The position numbers and the translations under genes are program-made. Below the pieces are notes generated by a model. It saw nothing but the letters and a program-made list of their open reading frames with translations. It was not told the origin of the DNA and made no database searches. A stretch of DNA of 8,953 nt, from assembly GCA_051530055.1 (NCBI GenBank), contig JBMGUZ010000086.1, positions 1-8,953 on the forward strand, given 5' to 3'. Positions 1-7,769 of this stretch are shown piece by piece. The first letter of the stretch is position 1. Each line of letters begins with the position of its first letter. Origin of the DNA: Neoechinorhynchus agilis. Its lineage: Eukaryota; Animalia; Acanthocephala.

Positions 1-805
1 AAATCGCGCAGTACTACAGAGGGTTTGGCATCATCTAGGTACCAGCCGTAAAAGCTGGACTGGGGAGAGTGTGCGACGGTATTGACTGGGAGTAGGAAAG
101 TATTGTGCAACGATATAGGCGACCACGTTCAAAGGAGAAAGTCATGCTGTTTAATCTAATTCTCCATACTTGAAAATTACTGCTAGTGTGTGGTCGGGTC
201 CAGGATCCTTGTTGTTTTAGCTGCCTAGTTGCTCTGTTCACTTCCGCAATGTTAAGAGAAGCAGTTCCATGGTGAGTTGATTGGAACTTCTTTAGACAGC
301 CTGATGCTATTGCTGAGTCTGAGATATGCTCCTTCCGTCTTTTGTGAATTTCTTCTATTGTGAGGATGTTCCCTTGTTGGTCTTTTATCGGCGTGATTGG
401 TTCATGGAGGTGACCGCAAATCATACGGTACCTGCGAAGAAATCGCCTGTGAGCCATTGAAGCTCTTTGGGTTTCCACACTTCGTTCTGTATTTGTCGGA
501 TATGTATAGGATTGATGGCTTTGAGTCTTCGGAACTCTTTTCTTGGCACAGGTCAGATTGCCCCCGTGAAGTAATTTTGCTTTTCTCTTCCGTTCGGTAA
601 GAACTGAGATACCCGAGGAGTTTTCGTCAAACCAGTCAGTTTGCTTCTTATATAAAAACGTTTTATTAATTTAAGAAAAGAACGATCTATACACTTGCCA
701 GCTTGCTGAAGGTGTCTGGATGTCGGATGTTGAATCCGGGAGGTAGAACTTGTCTTTTAAGGAGCTTTACAGGAGAATGACTGATTGGGAGTCTTTCCTT
801 GTTCT
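1..805 (-). mobile_element. Decayed RTE-clade (BovB-like) non-LTR retrotransposon, linker to start of RT domain (3' piece)
   Basis: Minus-strand translation across frameshifts gives KKQTDWFDEN (620-649), PIKDQQGNILTIEEIHKRRKEH (in ORF 35..478) and NNKDPGPDHTLAVIFKYG (NNKDPGPD at 193-216). These match the RTE linker/RT-0 motifs RKHQDWFDEN, IKDKxGxLLTxxEEIxxRWxEH and KxPGPDxIPAExFKxG. Upstream, (Q*)SSLKDK...SASWQVYRSF is in frame with WFDEN and reaches ~805. Multiple frameshifts and deletions. Confidence 0.85.
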
Positions 806-811
806 CCGGTT

Positions 812-2405
812 GTTAAGGAAAGATTGAGCTTGGGGGAGGAAAGATTTTTGGTAGAGGGTGGTACGAGCGAGGGGGGGATGAAAAAGGTTGGAGTTACGGG
901 TGTTTACGAGGGAAGAGTATTTAGAGATGAGGGACGAAAATTGTGGAGGGGGTTGGAGAAAACGGAGTGGAGGTGGGCGCCGAGGGGAGGGAGTGAAGTC
1001 CCGCATATTCTCGCTGCTCTCTTGTGGAAGGTTTCGAGGGAATGGAGAGCATTAGCAGAGAGGGCGAGGAAACTGGGGAAGGCGTATGTAAGGATAGGGA
1101 GGATGGCAGAGAGATAAAAGTGGGTTAGGTGTTTAGGGGATATGTCGAGACGCCGGAGGAGTTAGAGGAAGTAAATGCGAGGGGTTTTTTAGAGAGTGTA
1201 AATGAATTTCGGGCATCCCATTTAAGGTTTTCTTGTAAAATCAGGCCCAGTATTCGGAGAGAAGAGGAGCGTTGAATGGGGAGAGGGAGAGACGCGGGGA
1301 TAAGGTTGCGTTTGGAAATGTGGGGGAAAAGCTCAAAAGATTTGGACAAATTTAGGAAGAGGTTTAGGATGGAGAGCGAGGAAATGAGATGGGTGATCTC
1401 GTCCATGGTTGTGGAGAGAGAGGGGGAGAAGCGATGGTAATGACTGTGAGGTCATCTGCATAAGGAAAATATTTGGGAGAGGGAGCGAGGGGATAGAGGT
1501 CATTTAGAAAAATGTCAAAGAGGAGAGGGGAAAGTACGGCGCCTTGGAGGACCCCTATAAATACGGGCAGAGAGGAAGAACAAGAAGTTCCACATTGGAT
1601 ATATTGTTCGCGGTTGGAGAGGAAATCCAAGCGAGTTGCCAGGTTGGGAGGGCAAAGGACGCACATGATTGGAGAAGAAGCGAGTGATCTACCGACTCGA
1701 ACGTCCTGGAATTATCCAGTTGCACGAGACGGACGGTTGATGCTTTAGTGGAATCTAAGCTGCGCACAAGCGTATCGTAAATGCAGAGGAGGGCATCAGA
1801 ACAAGAGCAATTGGGACGGAAAGCGAATTGGGAAGGGGAGATGTTTTTGAGGAAGAAGGGAAATAGACGGGTTTTAAAACATTTTTCTAAGATTTTAGAG
1901 AAAGGTGAGAGGATAGAGATGGGACGAAAAGATGTGGGAGAAATCCGTTTATTGTTTTTGGGTAGGGGGACGACATGGGCTTCCTTAAGACACGATGGGA
2001 AAGCGCCCAGTAGAAAGCTAAGGTTCGTTATGTGCGTTAGAGGATCGATAAGTTCCGGGATGATGATTCGAATGGCCCAATTTGGGATAGTCGAATTAGG
2101 GGAAGAATGGCGGGGTAGGCGTTTAAGGATCTTTAGGATTTCGAGCGGGGAAACTAAGGAAGGGCATGTATGAATGAGCGGGCCAGATAGTGAGAAGGGA
2201 GGTTGGGACAATGGAGAGGAGGTTTAAGGAGGACAGAGGTTTTTATTCGCGAAGTTGAGGATTGAGAGGAGATCAGATTTGGGGAGAGATGCGAAGGGGG
2301 TGGATCTACCAAGATCACTGACATTTTTTATTTCACGCCACCAGTTTCGATTGGGAACGGACGAGAGACGAGATGAAAGTTGAAGCTGCGCAGAGAGAGA
2401 AGGGA
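812..2405 (-). mobile_element. 5'-truncated CR1-group (L2/Rex-Babar/CR1-like) LINE with disrupted ORF2 reverse transcriptase
   Basis: RT motifs are in order on the - strand: NWWREIK (linker), FRPISILSPFSKILEK, QFAFRP, QLDNSRTFESVDH, GVLQGAVLSPLLFDIFLND, YADD (1451-1462), LNLSKS, LRILGLIL, FYLSAILPILTYA...LETFHKRAAR (~990-1135) and a C-terminal RTTLYQKSFLPQAQSFLN ending at ~812. There is an in-frame stop at 2224-2226 and frameshifts near ~1600 and ~1420. No APE domain and no visible 3' tail. Confidence 0.93.
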
Positions 2406-2422
2406 TCGGAGTTGACCGATAA

Positions 2423-4560
2423 GGGAAAAGGAGACTCGCCATCGATTATTCTAATAGTGTCAACCGTTATACGGCGTTGGATACCTATCCACTGTCGAGA
2501 ATTGACGATCTCATCGATCAGCTTTCAAAGTTTACAGTTTTTTCTAAAATTGACTTAAAGTCAGCTTACCATCAACTGGGAATCCTGGAGAAAGAAAATT
2601 GCTTTACAGCTTTTGACGCAAATGGTAAATTGTACCAATTTCGAAGGATTCCCTTCGGTCTTATTAATGGGGTAGCTGTCTTTCAACGTGCAATCGATGA
2701 TATTATCCAAAAAGAAAAACTCCTCGGGACCAATGCTTATTTGGACGATGTTATCATTCGGTCGCCAATTTTCAGACTGTTGCTCAAAAGTTGCGGATAA
2801 CGCTGAACAAGGTTAAAAGTGTTTACGGGATTCACAAGATACGCATATTGGGCTATGAAATCAAGAACGGACTAAAACGTCTCGATCCGGAAAGAGTTAA
2901 GGCTCTGCGGGATCTGAAAGTACCACAGAATGTGCAGGAGTTAAGACGAATCGTTGGATTATTTTCCCATTATGCGAAATGGAGTAAGAACTTTTCTGTT
3001 CACATACAACCCCTGGTTAGGGTAGAAACCTTTCGTCTCGAAGAAAGCCACGTGAGGTCATTAGACGCGCTGCGCACTAAGATTATAGAATCCACGCTGC
3101 CGACTAGATTTTTCAATGGCGTTTACCGTAGAAACGGATGCTTCTGAATCAGCAATCGGTGCAGTTTTGAGTCAAGATGGATGTCCGGTAGCTTTTTTCT
3201 CGATCTCTAAACAAAAATCAATCATCGGTTGAAAAAGAACCTTTGGCTATTGTCCAATCACTCAAATATTGGCGTCATTACCTATCAGGACGGGTATTCA
3301 CAATAATCACGGACCAACGCTCAATCTCATTTGTATTCGATTGTCAGCATCGTAGCAAAATAAAGAGCGAAAAAGTAATTCGCTGGCGATTGGAGCTGTC
3401 TGAATTCAAGTTTAATATTGTGTATAGAGCAGGCTCAAAGAATATCGTTGCAGATGTGCTATCGAGAGATGTGTGTGCTTCAGGATACACTACCGCAGTC
3501 AAAGATTTGAATACGTTGAGTGAAATTCACAGAGCTCTTTGTCATCCTGGAATAACTCGTCTTTATCGATACGTGCAAGATCAGTCTGCCATACTCCGTC
3601 GAAGATGTACGTTCGATCGTGACGAAGTGTGATATTTGTTCGCAACTGAAGCCGACCTTTTTTAAGAGCGATCTGGGCACTCTGGTTCAATCAAGGCGGC
3701 CTTTCGAACGCATTGCTATAGACTTTAAGGAACCTCTACCTACACGAACTGGGAGATCTTATTTGTTTATGGCGATAGACGAATACAGTCGATATCCTTT
3801 TGCATGTAGAGATACATCATCGGAATGTGCAATATCATGTATAAAGTCAATCGTCTCCTTGTTCGGCGCTCCGGACTTCATCCATTAGGATAGAGCTTCT
3901 TCATTCATGTCAGACAAATTTCGGAAGAATCTTATGGGAATCGGGACATCGTGCAGTCATTCTAGTCCATATCATCCAATCGGAAATGGACAGGTAGAAC
4001 GTTTCAATGGAATAGTGTGGAACGCTGTCATCAGAGTGGGAGACGATACTGTCTGAAGTATTAACTTCATTAAGGATGCTAATAAGCGCTGCTACTGCAG
4101 AAACCCCCCATGATCGAGTTTTTCAATATAAAAGAAAACCTATGCTTAAATTCACCTTGCCGACTTGGATTAAACCAGGACCTGTTTATGTCAGGAAATT
4201 CAATACGACGCTCAAGAACGATGATAAAGTGGAAGAAGCTACAATAAAAAGTATAAATCCTCATAATGCACTCGTCCAGTACACAGATGGCAAGGAAGGT
4301 GTAGTCTCGACCAAAGACCTGGCCCGACACTCACTAACGATTCCCGAAAAATCGATGAACCAGATTTGAATAACGATACTGGCCTGTAAACGCAGGAGGT
4401 TCAGACCGAACAGGTGTAGAAGGAAATCTCGAAAAGACTTATCTATGTGAAGGTGCGGAGGATGATACTGGAGCGAATAATGAGGACAACAAGAATCAGC
4501 GATTTGTACGCCGAGGGAAAAGGATCCCGAGACCTCCCCCGTACCTCGAACAATATCAGT
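2423..4560 (+). pseudogene. pol: Disrupted Gypsy pol polyprotein
   Basis: RT: GKRRLAIDYS (2423-), YPLSRIDDL, KIDLKSAYHQ, IPFGL, YLDD (2738-2749), ILGYEI. RNase H: VETDAS (~3128-3145), EKEPLAIV, TDQRS, RWRLEL, NIVADVLSR. Integrase: H..LCHPG...C..C zinc finger, IDFK (D 3721), (S*)DR (D 3889) and GNGQVERFNG (E 3997), giving D-35-E spacing. C-terminal RRGKRIPRPPPYLEQY tail at ~4510-4560. Frameshifts near ~2790, ~3100, ~3210, ~3580 and ~4050; premature TAG at 3886-3888. Confidence 0.95.
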
Positions 4561-4569
4561 GGAGAAGAA
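4561..4569 (+). other. Polypurine tract (plus-strand primer site)
   Basis: GGAGAAGAA lies directly 5' of the TG that starts the LTR. Confidence 0.8.
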
Positions 4570-4730
4570 TGTTGTTATAACCTACTCGACGTTGCATTTA
4601 GTGATAACCTACATTACGTTACATATGCAGTATTGATTGCCCCTGTGTAACGTACATTCGTCAAAACGTTTTGATTTGCTTCCATTGTTTCGATTTAGTT
4701 AATAAAAGCCTTCACTAAATTTATACAACA
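4570..4730 (+). repeat. 3' LTR of the Gypsy element (161 bp)
   Basis: Starts TGTTGTTATAA and ends TTATACAACA: a TG...CA terminal inverted repeat, 6 bp perfect and 10/11 with one indel. It follows the PPT, contains AATAAA, and unrelated RTE sequence starts at the next base. No second copy in the window. Confidence 0.85.
4701..4706 (+). promoter_or_regulatory. Putative polyadenylation signal in LTR
   Basis: AATAAA 24 nt before the LTR end, a typical position in Gypsy LTRs. Confidence 0.55.
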
Positions 4731-5150
4731 GCTTCTTGGTGAGATTTAGCTTGGAAAATAACATTCGATGGTCTTTCCAAAAATCGTCTCCACCTTCGAT
4801 GATGAGATGGTCAATTTGATGCCAGTCAATTAGAGTTGCACTTCCCTATTTTACGAGACGTATCCACGTCCAACTCGTGCGTTAAAGTCACCATGAGTCG
4901 GCGGATTCGTAAGTTGCACCAAGTGTAGGTGCATTAACTTAAAATTTGCAGTGATAAATTTCCCCAAATCGGTTCAATTTTGCTTGCTCACCTTCATATT
5001 CGCGAACAGCAAATCGGTTACCAACAAGTAGTTTGCCATTTCAAACACACCAATTTCCGATTTCCTTGTATCGTCCGGTGTTCCTCACTCTACAGCTAAA
5101 CTAATGGAGGCTTCAAAGTCATTACTAAACTTCTCTCATAAGATGAGACA
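4731..5150 (-). mobile_element. Decayed RTE-clade LINE, AP-endonuclease domain (5' piece)
   Basis: Minus-strand APE motifs in order: NAPT (4924-4935; cf. YAPT), GDFNARVG (4869-4892), GKCNSN (4829-4846), WHQIDHLII (4798-4824), DHRMLFSKLNLTKK (4732-4773). Weaker N-terminal matches (DTRKSEIGVFEMANYLL, FAVR) extend to ~5100. The 5' limit is uncertain. Confidence 0.88.
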
Positions 5151-5645
5151 TTTAATCAAGAACCCTTAGTCGGATTTGAGTTACACGGGTTTCCTGCCGC
5201 CTTTGCTTTTTCTTCGAGTCTTTGTGGCTTCTACTCCTTTTATCATCAGTGGTATCTTTATTATGCTCAGTATTTACGATGATATCTTTTGATTTAAACA
5301 TCGATAATTTTAAATCGAAGTGTTTGTAGATCCTAACAAATTTAAAGTAATTTTTACATTCCGCTTTTTGATTCGACCACGTTTTTCGCAATTTAATCTT
5401 TACGACAACCTTTTTAACGGAAAGTTTAAAGATTGCAAACAGCAATTGTTTTGTTGAATGTTTTATCATTATTAGAAGTTTCAAATGTCAAAATTGAGTC
5501 AAAGAAAAGTTTTCATGGAGTTGACGGTCGTGTTATTGAGGCCCTGAAAGGAGATTGGCTCTTTGTAGAAGAATAATACTTTAACAAACAAACTTTATCG
5601 GTCCAATCGACGCAATTAACGTGGAAAATCAGATAGTTGAAAATT

Positions 5646-6071
5646 TCATTGAAAAATATACGGAATTTCGTGAAAGCTGCCGTAAGAAGATTCTTCGACA
5701 GACGCACACGTTCGAGTCTTGGGATTTTCTATCTCGATAATATCAAAAAGTGTCGCAGAACGATTTTTTGACCACGGGGCGCATTGCAAAAAGCGATTTA
5801 TAACATTCGTGAGTCCAACATTTTGATTTATTAGTGTTTTAAAAACAAGGCCTCCAAGAGCGAGTGCCAAATTGAATTTACAAATTATAAATCTTTTTGT
5901 CACAAATAATTTAAGGCTAAAATTAGGTAAGAAATCAATTCCGCGTTTTTTTATAATCCAATCATAGAGCTCGATCTTTACTTTAAAAATTAAGAAAGTT
6001 GTAGCAGCGGCTGGTAAAACGAGTTTGATGTTTAAATCACCCGATTTGTGACTTTTGGCGGTCACTTTCAT
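5646..6071 (-). other. 141-codon ORF of unknown significance (exon, pseudogene or decayed TE fragment)
   Basis: Stop-free for more than 140 codons in AT-rich DNA, and the frame stays open upstream to ~6180. No recognisable family motif. Confidence 0.2.
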
Positions 6072-7439
6072 TGTGAGAATGGAATCTATTTTAAAAATGC
6101 TTAATATTAATGCTATATTTATGAGCCTTGTGGAAGCGTCGCGAGAGCTCCTTGAATTCGCATTCGCAATCGAAAACTTACAAAAGTTCTTATACGTTTG
6201 AGTGCCAAATTAAATATTAAATTGGAAATTCGACTTCAAATACCAATATCACATTTTCAGATTTTCTTTTATTTTTTAGTGCCCTCTGAAGCGTCAAATT
6301 AGACGCTGGAATCGTCATCGGGCGTTGGCTTGCAGCCGAAACTTACTGTTAAAGTAGTGAGAGATAATAAAGTTATGTAGCTTTTTCGCAATGAAAGTTC
6401 GTTAGCGAAAACAATGCTCTTTGCAGAATATTCACGGAATGATCTCTCCTCTAGGAACCAGAGGAAAACCGCCTAGGTTATGACGCTCAATCGAAAATAT
6501 TTCCTAGCGTTGGGGAAAACGTTGTTCACGTAAATACCCACTCGCAAGCTTTTTGCATCGTTTGTTTTTCAAATTAGTTAATTACATTATTTGCGAAATT
6601 TCAGTGAAACAGAAAAACAACATAATTTGCGAACAATAAAACTCAAAAATTCATAATACCTTAAATTAAAAACGATGCAAGTAAAAAGTTGCTTAAGGCA
6701 GGAATCAAAAGCGATTAAGTTTAGTAATTTTATTAAAAAAATTTATAAAGACCAGATAAATGAGCTACTTCTCTGTTTTGACTTCCGATAACCCATTTAT
6801 TTTTTGCTAAATCGTGTAGTTAACTTCAGCGAAGAATCGTTCAATATTGAGCTTTCGGGATAGAAAAGTTGATCGGAATGACATCATCCTTAATTTTTGT
6901 AATTGTTGTTTTCTTAGAAATCTTCCAATTTTGCAAACGGTAGATAAGAATGAGGCAAGGGGACGACAGGCTACACTGATAAGCACGAGAGACATTCCCT
7001 GCTCGTCCCAAATTCGTATCCGCCAAATATATACAATTAACTGCCTCAAATCAGATATAAAGTTACATTTGCGATGAGCTACATGCAATTGAGCCTACGA
7101 ACACAAATATATCACGGAAACATCCAATAAAATGGTCCTGGACAACAATTTGCATTTCAGTACAAAAATAACGTTATACCCCAACTTACCATTAAACATC
7201 CAATTCGGTTATGGCCCGCATCGACCAAAAATGAATAGTGGAATGGGAATACACAATACAAACTTTCCAGCAAACGTGAATGCTCCAATGGTGAACACCT
7301 ATTTTGGAAATCAGATTACGAATTTCACCCCACAACAAATAACGCTCGGAGCAACTGGTCCAACGAGATTGCTGAATCCCACGAAGGTGCATGCGGATTA
7401 GCGTTATAAAAACCAATTCGCAGCACGATCTAATGGACT

Positions 7440-7660
7440 TTTCGTGTAGTTGCCGATCCCGTTTAGACTCAAGATCAGCCATCAAGCTTCTATTTCTGTG
7501 GTTATGTATTCCTATCCGATAAATCCGGGTATCCATAGCCACCACTTCAGTTTCAGAGAGATCTAATTTTTTCAAATGTTCAATTATGGCTATGCCATCA
7601 CATTTCATTTCTGAATTGAGTTTCTTTAACTCTGGCTCCAAAAAGATTTCGAATGATGGT
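7440..7660 (-). pseudogene. Unassigned coding-like segment, weakly SAM-domain-like
   Basis: N-terminal half of ORF 7192..7641, LEPELKKLNSEMKCDGIAIIEHLKKLDLSETEVVAMDTRI, resembles the SAM pattern DGxAL..L..EDLxELGV..(L/M)GxR. The opposite strand reads like a Ser/Arg-rich antisense shadow. Confidence 0.25.
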
Positions 7661-7769
7661 AATTACAATTCAGGATGCGGACTTTATGACAAGTCTAAAA
7701 GAAATCCATCCATACAATTCTATATACCTTTAAAAAAATTAACCGTGAAGAGGCAAAGTAGCTTCGGCA

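Larger units (their letters stand above)
2423..4730 (+). mobile_element. Ty3/Gypsy LTR retrotransposon, 3' half (RT-RNaseH-integrase, PPT, 3' LTR); 5' LTR, gag and protease absent
   Basis: Domain order RT-RH-IN is diagnostic of Ty3/Gypsy. It is followed by a polypurine tract and a TG...CA LTR. Confidence 0.96.

Noticed and set aside
30-47. GWYLDD on the - strand, resembling an RT active site of CRE/R2-type elements
   Set aside because: It lies far too early relative to the RT-0/1 motifs, and the alternative frame (LPSPAFTAGT) fits the expected RTE LPESQCGFR region better.
764-767. GCTT matching the 4 bp right of the LTR (4731-4734), an apparent Gypsy target-site duplication that even gives an in-frame join
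   Set aside because: RTE similarity continues past 767 to ~805 in the frame that contains WFDEN, and no 5' LTR follows, so the match is most likely chance.
785-2173. Plus-strand ORFs 785..1117, 1512..1748 and 1781..2173 (Glu/Arg/Gly-rich)
   Set aside because: Antisense shadows of the pyrimidine-rich LINE ORF2.
3480-4330. Minus-strand ORFs 3480..3680, 3499..3690 and 4079..4330
   Set aside because: Antisense to Gypsy integrase, with no independent motifs.
5880-5990. DWIIKKRGIDFLPNFS...LALA reminiscent of TCF25/Rqc1 (LPNFAFSxxLA)
   Set aside because: The flanking sequence does not fit, and the motif is too short to support a call.
5290-6211. 13-bp inverted pair (5290-5302/6027-6039) and 12-bp direct pair GAGTGCCAAATT (5862-5873/6200-6211)
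   Set aside because: Matches of this length are expected by chance in ~3 kb of AT-rich DNA, and they do not extend.
5790-6600. Long plus-strand frames interrupted only by TAA/TAG, suggesting a TAR=Gln genetic code
   Set aside because: Conserved Gln positions in the LINE and Gypsy proteins use CAA/CAG. The frame at ~5790-6070 is the in-register antisense of the minus ORF, where TTA/CTA Leu codons produce TAA/TAG.
6950-7520. Possible Gypsy gag/protease remnant on the + strand (RMRQGDD..., LDSRSAI) and the Asn/Pro-rich ORF 7132..7401
   Set aside because: The matches are only a few residues long, there is no zinc knuckle or DSG/DTG motif, and the segments read as antisense of minus-strand sequence.
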